This document shows, in pieces, positions 13,396 to 26,841 of a stretch of 64,000 nucleotides of DNA (positions are counted from its first letter, which is position 1; each line of letters opens with the position of its first letter). The stretch is taken from positions 7,106,517-7,170,516 of the forward strand of contig NC_068987.1 of the NCBI RefSeq assembly GCF_001194135.2, written 5' to 3'. The stretch is from Octopus bimaculoides (taxonomy: Eukaryota). The position numbers were made by a program, and so were the translations under genes. Below the pieces are notes generated by a model that was given only the letters and a program-made list of their open reading frames with translations, ran no database searches and was not told the DNA's origin.

Positions 13396-13699
13396 NNNNN
13401 NNNNNNNNNNNNNNNNNNNNNNNNNNNNNNNNNNNNNNNNNNNNNNNNNNNNNNNNNNNNNNNNNNNNNNNNNNNNNNNNNNNNNNNNNNNNNNNNNNNN
13501 NNNNNNNNNNNNNNNNNNNNNNNNNNNNNNNNNNNNNNNNNNNNNNNNNNNNNNNNNNNNNNNNNNNNNNNNNNNNNNNNNNNNNNNNNNNNNNNNNNNN
13601 NNNNNNNNNNNNNNNNNNNNNNNNNNNNNNNNNNNNNNNNNNNNNNNNNNNNNNNNNNNNNNNNNNNNNNNNNNNNNNNNNNNNNNNNNNNNNNNNNNN

Positions 13700-13758
<59 letters not shown>

Positions 13759-14201
13759 AACACATCAGTGCTCAGTGCATCAAGAATACATTTTGAAAAA
13801 TTCCCTGAATCTTTTCACCTATAAAACAGATTGGGTTTCATTTGGTTGCATTATAAAGTAAAATTTACATATTAATGAAAGGTGAATATTTGACGCTAAA
13901 GAAGACATGTTATTAACCGTTCGTCGCTCCTTATCCTTAGATGGCGAATAACCACTCTATGGTTCAATGGATTTAGAGATATCATTTGTATTTACAAGAA
14001 TTCCATTAAACGTTAATGTACAATAACAGCAAAAATCATCTCTCCAGCTTCGCCCTAATTACATGGCCAGAGACGACGGTAAATTATCTTTGACAGTTAT
14101 CTACTAAATAAACGACTTCAACACGAATAAGAGATGTGTATGCAGAAGCTGAAGCAAATACGTATTAACTGAGAGACCGGTTGTCAGTATATCACCACCA
14201 T

Positions 14202-14820
14202 AAGGCGGTGAAGTGGCGCAATCGTTACCTCGCCGGAAAAATTCGTAACGCTATTTCTTCCAACTTTACGCTCTGGGTTCGAATACTCTTTTACTCTTTT
14301 ACTTGTTTCAGTCATTTGACTGCGGCCATGCTGGATCACCGCCTTTAGTCGAGCAAATCGACATCAGGAATTATTCTTTGTAAGCCTAGTACTTATTCTA
14401 TCGGTCCCTTTTGCCGAACCGCTACTGTTAAGGGGACGTAAACACACCAGTATCGGTTGTCAAGCGATGTTGGGGGGACAAACACAGACACACAAACTCA
14501 CACATATATATATACATATACATATATACGATGGGCTTCTTTCAGTTTCCGTCTACCAAATCCACTCACAAGGCTTTGGTCGGCCCGAGGCTATAGTAGA
14601 AGACACTTGCCCAAGGTGCCACGCAGTAAGACTGAACCCGGAACCATGTGGTTGGTAAGCAAGCTACTTACCACACAGCCACTCCTGCTGGGGTCAACTT
14701 TGCCTTTTATAAGTTTGAGTTCGATAAAATAGGTATCACCTGATCAATGGGGTCGATGGCCTTGACTTACACGCTCCACCGAAATAGCTGGACTTAGGCC
14801 AATATTTGAAACCAAAATAT
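14202..14820 (+). mobile_element. SINE family A split by a nested family B SINE (A parts 14202-14288 and 14689-14820)
   Basis: The head aaggcggtgaagtggc...gggttcgaata stops at the B-box and resumes after the B copy as tggggtcaactttgccttttat...gttcgataaaataggta. Confidence 0.75.
14284..14688 (-). mobile_element. SINE family B (CORE-type, OR1/OR2-like), full length
   Basis: Reverse complement of gcaggagtggctgtgtggtaagtagcttgcttacc...gtggcaccttgggcaagtgtcttctactatagcctcggg (CORE-like)...gactgaaacaagtaaaagag tail. Confidence 0.92.
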
Positions 14821-17290
14821 CACTGCCATCAGCAATGCTTGAACATATTCCATTTTTATGCATGTAACTTCATTTATATGTTCTGATTACCGGGTTTATT
14901 AATACGTTTTCGAAATTTCGGGTGTGCTTGATATAGTTGGCTGTCTATTCCGCAATTGTTTCTCCACGGGATATTACAGTTTCACACAAAAGAAAGTAAA
15001 GCTTCCAGATAACTTTGTTATTGTTATTGTTGTTGTTATTTTGCTCTATATGATGCAGATTTACTGTCAAGAATGACCCAGGTATAGACATTCCATTTTA
15101 ATATAAAACAATGAGTAAATTAGCCATTGCCTACTTTAGTCAATTGTTCTTTCTTTCAAAGGCGATTGGATAAGAATTTAGGGAGATTCTAACCACGATT
15201 CTTAGCGCATGTTGTGAGACGTGATCACAGAGCGTCTCTGATGATGCTTATGAAAAGAATTCACGGTCAACAGTTATCTTACTATTTTATATTTTATTTG
15301 TAAGACAAGAATTTGAAAGGTGAATATCGAAATATGAAAGAGATTATGTGAATGCTCTAAAGATTTTTTTAAAACTAAAATCCAAAAGACAAAACAAAGA
15401 ACAACTGTAGCATTCTATAAGACCAAACGAACGCCTAATCAACTACTTAAACATTATAGAATCAATAATGTAGAGAATAAAGAGAAGGAATCATGTTAAT
15501 GCGTCAGCAGCAGAAACAACCAAAGAGAATAGTAACAGGATAAATAAAATTCACTCTCCTGAAAATGTTCTTCAGCTGCGCAGGGTAAAAAAAAAATTAC
15601 CAAAGAACTGTCTGCCACGAGGAAAATAAATCACAAAGTGTAAACATAGCTGATGCTATTATAGAAACTTTGTCGCAGAAGAAAACTGTATATATGTATT
15701 GATACTTAAACCGACTTTATGTAATTAGATATATTCGCAAAGTGTCGAGAAACTTTGAAGGAGATCAGTGTTTTACTCAAGGACACTGTACACTGTGTTA
15801 CAAATGACATCTTATTTGACAGATGCAGTAATCTTTTAACCTATCTAAGCTAAAACTAATTATAATGTGTTGTAAAGTAGCTCATGAGATAAATATGTGA
15901 CAGAAAAACACGAGATGTCTGTGGCTACTTAGAAGTCTTAAATTTCATAAAGAAACTTGGAGGCACAATGGACGATAATTTACATCGTGTTGCTTAACAA
16001 TATGGAATCTGCTGTTTCTAAAGCAATTAACTATTTTCTTATAATACTGTAAGAGATGAAATGTCATTGAAATCAATCTTGCATGTGCAGATACGGGTGG
16101 GTAGTAAGAAGTATGTTTCAGTATCCTTAGGTAAATCCATCGCTTGCTGGTGAAATTTAGTAGATTTAAACAAACGGAAGTCAGATGGACGATTTCTGCT
16201 CTTAACTAGTAGAATTATTCCTAAGCTCGATTTAAATCGTCCACCAGATCTTTAAATCTAACTTGTTGCAAAGATCGTTATAGTTTCAGTTATAATTCGA
16301 TACTTTGATACTGCAGCAGGCAGGTTAATTGCAGCTATTCTTGATAATTATATATATATATATAACATAAATTTTCCACTTCGAATTATTGCGTAAAATG
16401 GCATCGGAAGCAAAATTGTTACAGGAACAATAACACTGAATTATTAAAGATGTGTTTAAAGAATTTCTTTGTCCTCTTATTATCTGGATTATAATTTACT
16501 TTCCGCCACACCCACATTCCAGTGTGATCCCCGTTCAACAAGGATTTTCTACACTTGAAGAATATATACATATACATATATATATAGATATGCAAAGAAG
16601 GCGTGGTAGATAAATAAATAGATAGATAGATTATGAACATTAGTATATAAGTATATTAGTCTAATACTTTAAACACTATAAAATGAACCTAGGAAGGGTT
16701 ATAATCTACTAACATAATGTATAATGGTACTATCAAAAACATTTTGTTCAGTTTTTTTCCTTCACTCTTTTGCTGGCAGGAAACTAACTTTGCCAACGTC
16801 GCTTTCCGATTCCAGAAATTTAGACTTCGTTTTCAGATTCTATTTGTGTAGCCGTGTATAAACATGATACTTTTTCTTCTTTCCCTGTAAAGCTAATGGT
16901 TTGGTAAAAGAATTTGCAATTCAGTTGTTGTTGAAGAGAGATACTTGAAATTCGAAGAGGATACGGTGCACTTTGCAATATTGACGAAATTAGAAATTAG
17001 TCTATATAGAGAACAGAGACAACTTTTTATCGGTTAGTAAATCGTAAAGGGTATTTATCTTAAATCTGATATCTGAAAGAAAGTATATTACAAAGCAACT
17101 ATTTGCAGAATAAGTTTGCCAGCAAACAAAATGTCGTTCTGAAATCGTTAAATCGACTTTGACTTTTATTCATGTAGTTCCATGTCATAAGAACATGTAT
17201 GTGTTGGAGATAATTTGAATAGAACTTTCTCACTTATACTTTATCTTTATGTATCAAGTAAAAATATCTAAAAACAGAAAATTCTAGAAA

Positions 17291-17470
17291 GCAAGGAGTG
17301 GCTGTGTGGTAAGTAGCTTGCTTACGAACCACATAGTTCCAGGTTCAGTCCCACTGCGTGGCACCTTGGGTAAGTGTCTTCTACTATAGCCTCGGGCCGA
17401 CCAAAGCCTTGTGAGTGGATTTGGTAGACGGAAACTGAAAGAAGCCCGTCGTATATATGTATGTGTGTGT
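17291..17470 (+). mobile_element. SINE family B, 5' half
   Basis: Near-consensus head and CORE-like domain, ending in the internal TA/TG microsatellite. Confidence 0.9.
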
Positions 17471-18280
17471 CAGAATCTTTTCCCATGAGTTTTCTTTTTA
17501 AATATAAGCCTAAATAATAAATAAATAATATCGTGACGAATAACATAGGAAAATAATTCTACAGTAATTCATGAAGCAATTGTTGAAGGCAAATTCATTT
17601 CATGAGGAAGACACAAACATTACAGCTTATTCTATATATTCGAAGTATGTTATTGTTCTATTAATCACAATAAACCGGTATGGAGAAAATTAACGACTGG
17701 AAGCAGAATTTGAAGTATGTGATGTAATACGATGTTACCGGATAAAACGTTATTTCTAAATATACGTGAAGTAATAAGAATCGACATTTTTCCAAAAATT
17801 AGTTTTCCAGTCTAAGCCCTTTATCTAGAAATAAAGATTGAGTCAAGGAATATCATTTTCGGAGTAGTTATAGCTATATTTCAATGCAAGTTAAAAATTA
17901 TTTCTATATTAAATAATGCGTGTGAATAATTTGCACCATCACGCTTAGTACTACACAAATCCTTTTAAGTTTCGCAAGAGTTTTGCTATGAAATGCAAAT
18001 TTACTGTTAAAAGTTTTGCCGTTATTAAATTAATGATAGTCATTCGAACTTTGGAATTCTCTCAGCATTGTTATTTCATTTTTATACTCAGTTTTCAAGA
18101 TGGTCAAACTGCAAAATTTAACGTTTTTAAAATTTCGTGTCGTTTCCAAATTTCTGGCAGAGTGAATTGTGTTATAGTGCCGTTGTTCTCACAGATGGTG
18201 CCCAACTGTGTAATGGACAAAATCAAAAACAAAGAATGTGCATTCCCGACATTAAAAATATAAAATGATGACAATTTACC

Positions 18281-18477
18281 CTGGCTTTGGATAAAAGAAA
18301 ATATTGGAGGATCAGTTAATTGTGATTTTATTCAACATATTGCCCTCTCATATTGACAGACTTATTGCAGTGATCCTTAAATTGTTCGAAGCCCTTCAAA
18401 AAAATTCGAAGTTCGAGCCTCCAACCAGGTCTTTCGCCATACCCTTAAAGCCAGGAACTCTTCAGCACTCCCTCGTA
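18281..18477. mobile_element. mariner-type MITE, same family as 42827-43050, left TIR truncated
   Basis: Colinear similarity to 42851-43050 (ctggctttgg..aaaata..ggatcagttaatt.tgattttattcaacatat...acccttaa.gccaggaact.ttcagca..ccct.gta). Confidence 0.8.
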
Positions 18478-18480
18478 TAT

Positions 18481-18675
18481 ATGCGTGTGTATGTCTCTGT
18501 GTTGATGTCATCGACCAAACAACGCTTCGCAACCGGTTTTGGTTTGTTTACGCTTCCGTAAAATAATAGCTGAAGTAAAATAAAGCGATGAATAAGTAAC
18601 AAACTTAAAAATATGTCCTGGAGTCGATTTGTTCGACTTAACACTTCAAAGCATTGCTCCAGCATGACTGCAGTG
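18481..18675 (+). mobile_element. SINE family B, decayed 3' half
   Basis: cgctt.gcaaccgg.tttggtttgtttacg.t.ccgtaa...tcctggagtcgatttgttcgact..cttcaaagc..tgctccagcatgactgcagt. Confidence 0.7.
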
Positions 18676-19189
18676 TGACCGCAGTCCAACCACTTTTTAT
18701 GACAAAAGATATATGTGCGCGCGTGTGTGCAAAAAAAAAAACTGGTACCTCAAGCATTACAACCGACATCACCCGCACTAAATTAATGACCAATTAAAAT
18801 CTGTCAGAAAATCGATAAGCAATTTTGAAAATATCCACCTGAGAAACTCTTTATGTATTTTATTTTAATTCGAAATTCTGTCTTACGTTGTTGCAACTGT
18901 TGGCATTGTACCAAACTCTTAATTCATCTTAACAGAGAAACAAATGTATGTAAGTTGTTGTCTGACACCGAAAACAACTTTTAGCGTCTTGAATTGCTTC
19001 TCATATTAACGAAATATTAATGAAATCACGGAAAGCCTTCTAATTTTGTATAACAGTTTTCTTATCGGTTCTTTCTTAAAGTTTTTCTCTGTTATAACAA
19101 ACCACTTACAACTAGATTTCCAATATCCCACAAAATGCATTTCACAGACACAGACACACACAAACACAAACACACAAACGCATCAGCAG

Positions 19190-19920
19190 TCCTGGTGAGG
19201 AGATATTCATACGATGTGCTATGAGGATTGCGGTTAGTTTACGGCATCTACTTTCGCTTACCGTTCTTACGCTCTGAAAAGTAGGCCCGGCTTTATATAT
19301 GTGGCAGTGACCTAAACTCTTCTTCACTTATGGAAAAAGTGTGGTTTTACTACGTGACCTGGTATTCTCTGGACTGAATGATGGCTGTACTGAACATCTA
19401 TGCAGTTTCCTTGAGTAACTGATCAAGCTTCCAGTGATAGTGGGTGTAGGTCATGTCTTGAGGCAACGGCATTAATTTTTTGAAAAGGATACTTTTCCAG
19501 CAAACATTAGACAAAAGAGCCTTTTGCTCACCTCCCACCTGTGAAGTTTTGGCATGATTGATAAAGTGTCTTATTGTGACTCATGTGTCTGAACTGTCAA
19601 CTCAGCAGATTGTACAGGCCAGTTGATGAATTGCAGTTTTATAGCCCCTAATCCTTTTATATATGCATGCACTTCTTTTTAGAGGAGAAGTCGATCTTTT
19701 GCGCTAGCTTTACTAATCTAGCAGCTTTGAAAATAGCCCAGACCTAATCCGCTTGATCCCACTGTCCTAACAATTCTCATCCTTCTCATGCGATTATCTG
19801 CTATTTTCAGTTGTCTGAGAACTAAATTCTACCGGAGCGGACCTCGATTCCAATTTTTGCTTGCTTAGGGTTGCTGGAAGTTCTGTTCTGAAATGTATGG
19901 CTTCTTTTGTTTATGTCACG
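19190..19920 (-). mobile_element. HERO-like (REL clade) non-LTR retrotransposon, central fragment, decayed
   Basis: Minus frames give SSNPKQAKIGIEVRSGR, RIVRTVGSSGLGLGYF..ISKASAKDRLLL*KEVH and HYHWKLDQLLKETA. These parallel HERO ORF motifs (GIEVRTGRKW; IVG.V..GR.GLG; KA..K.RR.LV..EV; RY.WRHDQVL). Confidence 0.62.
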
Positions 19921-20122
19921 ATTAATACTTCAGAAAAACCGCGGAAGGAGACCTTTAAAGTTTTATTTTAATCTTCCAGAACAATATGGTTATTAGACAT
20001 TCGGGCGCCGCCTATTTGGCGTCACTGATTCAACGCTGACTTATTTTACTCCAAATGTAATGATGCCTCTCGTTTTAATTTTCCTTTCATTCTTTCTTTC
20101 CCTTTCTCTCTCTCTCTCATTA

Positions 20123-20187
<65 letters not shown>

Positions 20188-20646
20188 ATCCTCCTTTCTT
20201 TTTATTCTCCTCTCTCTCTCTCTTTATCCTACATACTCTCTCTTACATACTCATTATTTGTATGTGCATATTTCTACGCTCACGTATCTTTTTGTTTCCA
20301 GTGACACAAAGTACTGTTGTCAAAGCAGGTTTAATGTCCAGTCAACCGTGCCAATTCACTAGATTCAAAACAGCGTCGCCCATTCATCTCAGCCGGAAAC
20401 AATACTGCACGAACTCCTTGGTAACCCAAAGTAACACTTAAAAATAACTGTTTATCTTCTCAAGGATTTCCACTACCGAGTTACAATTTGTACAATGTCG
20501 ACCAAACAATTTTGTCAGTATACTAAGATTAAAAGTATTTCAAAGAATCTCCATGCTGTTATTAAATCTTATTGATAAAAGAATTACTGTGGTTCCCAGT
20601 TGAATTTTCCAGTGAACTAACCGCTATCTGTCTTTGTCTGTCGGTC

Positions 20647-20691
<45 letters not shown>

Positions 20692-20772
20692 NNNNNNNNN
20701 NNNNNNNNNNNNNNNNNNNNNNNNNNNNNNNNNNNNNNNNNNNNNNNNNNNNNNNNNNNNNNNNNNNNNNNN

Positions 20773-20835
<63 letters not shown>

Positions 20836-22103
20836 AACATACACACACGTGTGTGTGTTGTGTATATGTTTGTTTATATAAACACGATTCCGTTCTAAAT
20901 AACGCCATTCAGAATCAAACGTAAACTTAGAAATGAGATTAAAATGATTGCAAGATAGTAACTAAAATTTATAAAAAAACTTCTATACGTATTTATCTCC
21001 CTTGTCCAACAATCAGGGTTGGTCATAAAGAAATTGGGACATCATTTCTTATTGTAACTAGATATTGGTCTTACTTTTTTAAAAGTATTCAACCTATTCT
21101 TTTCTCTGAAGTGGAGACAGTAATTTCATCTTCCTCATTCGGTAGTCTTTTGTGTTAAAAATATTTGCAAAAAATCTTCGAGCGTAAATATATAAATTCA
21201 GATGAAGTCAGAAATTGCTTTGTCGTTGATAATCTGGGTTTATGTGTCATCTCAGCAAACTGACACTTTGTCATCTTGACTTGTAATTCATGTCAGGATA
21301 CATATTACTAATATCATCGCTTTGTTGACAGGCGTTTCATTTCTTTCGTTCGCCAGAGTGTATCAGATAATGTTTTACATTACGACGTTCCAAAACAGCC
21401 AATGTTCTATATTCCTGTCACACAAACACAGGCATGATGTATGGGAGAATATGCACAGATTAATTTGCTATCCATTTCCACACACATGATCATATCAATC
21501 TTCTCTTCGCTTGCATGTATACCTGAGTAAATGAAACAACCTATTCGAATGTGGGGATACATTATAATTCAAAAGTGAGCATTAGCGTGCTTTCAGTTGT
21601 GTGTGTGCGACGGACACACACACATGACAGTACTTTTGAAAATGAAGTTCGTATTTTGATGTTCATTGTCAGGAAAAGATCAATAACCAAAACGGATATC
21701 GATCAGCGGCAGCTAGCGTGCTTGTATTTCGACCACTTCTATAAAGTAAGGGACGGAAACGGAATTAACTGAGAATCTCACTGAAATATTTGTATCATCT
21801 CTTTTGTAAATTTCTGTAGCAAGAGGTGGTTTTAAGAATCAAAACAGCTCCTGTTAGATCACCCACAGCTACGTAAATCTGAATATCTAACATGGATTTT
21901 ATACATTGAACTAAATAAATCAGTTTTAGATATTGTTAAACTTACATACACTCGAGTAATCCTAGATCAACAACCCAAAGGCACACCAGTTAAACTAATG
22001 CTCATAGTTAGACAAACAAATTATTTGAGTTCTCCCCCAAAATTTTTATGCTCTGAAGTGCCAAACCTTGTAACATTAGAGTATCATGTGTGCTGTGTGT
22101 GAG

Positions 22104-22209
<106 letters not shown>

Positions 22210-23038
22210 AGTGCTTGCGAGTAGGTGTATTCGTGTGCGTGTGTATGTGTGAGTGTTTCTGCAGTAAAAAATTTACTACAATTTGGCAGATGGTCAGTGT
22301 CAAACCTGATAAACATACTCCTCCAATGTCACTCAGAAATCACAAAAATAGTTTGGATAAAACTAGCATAGCTAATCTTATCTCGTACTATTTCCCACAT
22401 TTTCCAACTTATCTTCCGTTCATCGCTACACACTTCCTCATAATTAAATAATATGATTAAACTTCCAAGTTGATTTATTAACACTTAGATATTTTATTCA
22501 TATTTGTTTTATCGAAAATAGTCAAGATTATTCGAAACAAACTTTGCGCCTTTTCACTCTGATCGCTAGAATGAGCTTAAAATTTTCAGGTCTCATGCTT
22601 TGTAGATATCATTTGAACAAGGTTGAAGACGGCAAATACAAGCAAGACTAGATTATATGTTATGTTTGGGTACAACAATTAATCTTCGAGGTAAACACAG
22701 TTATGGCTCTTAACCAATGATATATTTCAACAGTATAGATTCATGTATTCTAACAGCTCACGGCTTCTTAAGCTTCACGGGTGATTCAATGGGTGACAAT
22801 ACATATAACGAGTGTGTGTGCTTTTCTGCGTGTGTTTCTGTATCCATGCATGTATATATGTATATGCATATGCTCGAAATGAGGAGTAGATTGACAACCG
22901 GCAACAGATGAAGGGTCGTTTCTCTGTGTTTACTTGTGTTTTCCATTTTTTCTCTCATTGTTCACGTATTGAACTCATTTGTTTTCGTATTTCATGTTGT
23001 TTACTGTTGGTGACGTCCTGTTCCCATATATGCATATA

Positions 23039-23089
<51 letters not shown>

Positions 23090-23811
23090 TATCAATATGT
23101 ACGAATTTTTGAAAGTATATAGTTATGCATCTATATATGTACATAGATGTTGTATCTTTTCCATACCATATGTTACTCTGAAAATAATTGTTCGTTGTTA
23201 ATTGAAATTATAAAAGGAAGAAAAGAAATGAAAATAATTAATCTCAAAATAAGGGACAAAACACACAAAATTTCAATCGACCGGAAATTATCAAATAAGT
23301 GGTCTAACGATCAAACGTCTTTTGCGATATTTTTAGCGCCTACAAAACTTGAAGTAATGGAATTCTGCGTGAAGTAGTTTGTACAGATATTTGCAATCAA
23401 CGAAACTTATTGCGTTTCTACGTATATTTCAATGAGCGTATGTTTGTTCGTATACGTATCGACATGCATAAATGTGTATGTGTGTGTCTGTATATGTGCA
23501 TATGAGTGTCTGTGTACATGTATATATCTATGTATGTATATATATATATATATATATATACAGATAGATAGATAGATAGAGAGAGAGAGATACACACATA
23601 TATGAATATATTTATATACATGTATATAGTTCCTTGCCGCTGGATAAAGTGTTAGTTTAATAAACACACATGTGTGCATACTGTGTTTGCGTGGGCGAAG
23701 TTTGGTTCACCAGAACTCAAATCCATTATTTCTTCGAATTATTGGAATAGTAGATGAGACATAAGACTGCAATTTCAGCGACACCATCCCCAAAACAAGT
23801 GAAACTAGTGG

Positions 23812-23847
<36 letters not shown>

Positions 23848-23979
23848 CACACACTCACTACACCCACACGCAAATATTCACAATCCAGCCAAAAATACAT
23901 AGGTGCTAACCATAAAATAAATAAAAGAAGATATGAATAAATAAATATTTTACCGTGCTCACCTTTCACAAAACCTACA

Positions 23980-24312
23980 CTAGGCATTTACCATACTCTG
24001 ATCGTCTTCATTCCCTGGGCATGGACACATTGAAGCTCAGACGTTTGGCAACTCACTTAGTAGACACCCACAAGATTATTCATTATCAGCAACAATCTAG
24101 GGCACCTTTTTAAAATTCCATATGTCTAACACTCGTGGACATGCTTACAAAATTAAAAAAGACAACCCAGTGACCATGACTTTCGGAAATATTTTTTCAT
24201 GCTAAGCATTGTTGAAGCATGGAATAAACTTCCCGCATCAGTTGTTAGCTGTCGAGATACTACATCCTTCAAAACTTCCATGCTTCCTGAAATCCTCCAA
24301 CAGTACACCTGA
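23980..24312 (+). mobile_element. CR1-clade LINE 3' fragment
   Basis: Translates as RHLPYSDRLHSLGMDTLKLRRLATHLVDTHKII, SNTRGHAYKIKK and FRKYFFMLSIVEAWNKLPASVVSCRDTTSFK, matching the CR1 ORF2 C-terminus (TRGH; RK.FF..RVV..WN.LP..VV...S...FK). Confidence 0.85.
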
Positions 24313-24314
24313 TG

Positions 24315-25173
24315 GCCTTTATTTTCTTAGTTGTAGTGCAAACAATTCTGTGTTGATATGTAAGAGAAACTTGAAGAAGCCGAGTTCTAGGAACGTCATG
24401 TTTTCAGTGATGAGGCCACATTTCATACGAATGGCAAAGTCAATAAGCATAATGTTTTGCATTTGGGGCGAAGAAAATCCCCATGCCACAGTTAAGCATG
24501 AGAGGGACTCACCAAAAGCGAATGTATTCTGCGCCATCTCCGAGAAGCATCGTCATGGCCTATTTTTCTTTCAGGGAAATATGACTGGCGATGTTTATTT
24601 GCAAATGTTTCAGAACTGGCTAATGGATGAACTCATTGCAAATGAACATGAAGACTTAATTTTTCAACAGGACAGAGCTCCACCTCACTGGAAGCTCACT
24701 GTGCCGGCTTATTTCAATGACAATCTAGGAGGAGATGGATCGGCCGAACTGGGGATGAAGACAATGTGTTGTTGAAATGTCCGCTACGTTCAGCTGACCT
24801 GACACCTTGCGATTTTTTTTTCTCTGGGGCTATGTGAAAGGCCTAGTCTATGTCCCTCCTCTTCCTGCAAACCTAGAAGAACTCGAACAGAGAATCACTA
24901 CCGCACTGGAGACTGTTACCCAAGAGATCCTGCAGCGTGTTTGGGAGGAGTTGGACTACCGACTTGATTTGTGCTGTGTCCCAGACGGTGCGCATATTGA
25001 ACATTTGTGAAATCTTTCATGGAATCCACATACCTTTTAATTTCTCATTCAAATGTGGAGGAATAAATCTTATGTTGCACAACATTAAACCCGTTTAATT
25101 TCATTTGCTTTGACTATGTAGTTTATGTGATATTTACATCTCAAACGATATCAAATATTTTCAAACACCCTAT
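24315..25173 (+). mobile_element. Tc1/mariner (rosa/DD41D-related) transposase pseudogene, 5'-truncated, with 3' terminus
   Basis: Motifs FSDEATFHTNGKVNKHN, WGEENPH..HERDSPKANVFCA, FQQDRAPPH, WIGR, RSADLTPCDFF and WGYVKGLVYVPPLPANLEELEQRIT...GAHIEHL*, spread over frameshifts. Ends in caaacacccta (~25162-25172), resembling the reverse complement of a TACAGGGTG-type TIR. Confidence 0.9.
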
Positions 25174-25424
25174 GTTTGCCATTTTATTTATATTACTTTA
25201 GTGTTATTATTATTCATGCTGTTCATCATGCACCAGTAAGTGTGTACACGTGATTATTGTATTCATTTTGCTCAATTTTAGAAGACGTGGTGCATGATTG
25301 ACAATTCCAGAGAGTATTGAACTTATTTCATGCGTAATGTTTGGTCCATTTTCTATGTCTCTGTGTGTGCGTGCGTGCACGCGAGTATGTATATGTATGT
25401 ATGTATGTATTTATGTATATATGT

Positions 25425-25749
25425 GGAGGCGCAAAGGCCCAGTGATTAGGGCAGCGGACTTGCGGTCGTAGGATCGCAGTTTCGATTCCCAGATCGAGCG
25501 TTAAGTGTTTATTGAGCGAAAACACCTAAAGCTCCACAAGGCTCCGGCTGGGGGTACTGGTGGAACCTGCTGTACTCTTTCACCACAACTTTCTCTCACT
25601 TTTTCTTCCTGTTTCTGTTGTACTTGTACTTCAAAGGGCCAGTCTTATCACACTCTGTGTCACGCTGAATCTCCCCCGAGAACTACGTTAAGGGTACACG
25701 TGTCTGTGGAGTACTCAGACACTTGCACGTTAATTTCACGAGCAAGCTG
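25425..25749 (+). mobile_element. SINE family C, 3'-truncated
   Basis: Colinear, high similarity to 49638-49960. Confidence 0.9.
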
Positions 25750-26244
25750 ATCCTGTATTAACTGCGAACATGATTATCCCCCGTGTTGAACAACATCACT
25801 TAATAAAATGGTGGGATATCGAATGTTAACTTCTTTCTGGATAGCTATATAGGACTTCCAAGCTTACTGCAACACTTGCTATCCTTCCCTGTAACTGTGT
25901 AGCACTGGACGAATACATGCTTAAAATAAATTGGCTACATCAAGCTCTTTTATTACTCCTTTACTTCTTTCAACCATTGGAGTGCAGCAATGCTAGGGCA
26001 GTTTTAGTCGAATGAATCAACTCCAGAAAAGAAATTCGCAAAACACCAGAACATAAGCGGGCAAGACAAAATGAGAAATATACAGAATAAAGAATTAATT
26101 GTGTATCGGTTTCGATATTAACGTTTTTCTTACGTAACAACATCCGTGTTCTCTTCGGCACAATCGTTCTAGAATCAATATAATTTGCAGAACTATACAC
26201 GAATTGTCTTCATAAAATAAGACTTGCGTACAGTCCCTGCCTTC

Positions 26245-26468
26245 GAAAGGTGGAGTAGATGGAGCAGGGACAACTGAAGAAGGGTATTATTCTTTATGTT
26301 GCATGTCTCGTTTCTCTTGGGTTTTTTTTTTCGTTGTTCGGAAAAAAAAGTTCGTTTTCTTTCTACGTGTTTATGTTTTCGTTTCTCATTGTGTTTAATG
26401 TATTTTGTGATGCCCTGTACCCATATATGCTTGTATGTATACGTATAGATGTCGATATGTACATATAT
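26245..26468 (+). repeat. Interspersed repeat family D (unclassified, possibly Penelope-derived), copy 1
   Basis: ggagtagat...ggacaactga.gaaggg..t.ttctttatgttgc.tgtc...ttgttc.gaaaaa..gttcg.tttc...ctgtac.catat; also at 31240-31435 (-) and 56960-57145 (+). Confidence 0.75.
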
Positions 26469-26804
26469 NNNNNNNNNNNNNNNNNNNNNNNNNNNNNNNN
26501 NNNNNNNNNNNNNNNNNNNNNNNNNNNNNNNNNNNNNNNNNNNNNNNNNNNNNNNNNNNNNNNNNNNNNNNNNNNNNNNNNNNNNNNNNNNNNNNNNNNN
26601 NNNNNNNNNNNNNNNNNNNNNNNNNNNNNNNNNNNNNNNNNNNNNNNNNNNNNNNNNNNNNNNNNNNNNNNNNNNNNNNNNNNNNNNNNNNNNNNNNNNN
26701 NNNNNNNNNNNNNNNNNNNNNNNNNNNNNNNNNNNNNNNNNNNNNNNNNNNNNNNNNNNNNNNNNNNNNNNNNNNNNNNNNNNNNNNNNNNNNNNNNNNN
26801 NNNN

Positions 26805-26841
<37 letters not shown>

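Noticed and set aside
17291-18675. Idea that the B-SINE 5' half (17291-17470) and 3' half (18481-18675) are one copy split by a ~1 kb TA-targeted insertion ending in the MITE TIR
   Set aside because: The 5' half is near-consensus while the 3' half is heavily decayed, and no left TIR is present at ~17470. Two independent fragments are more likely.
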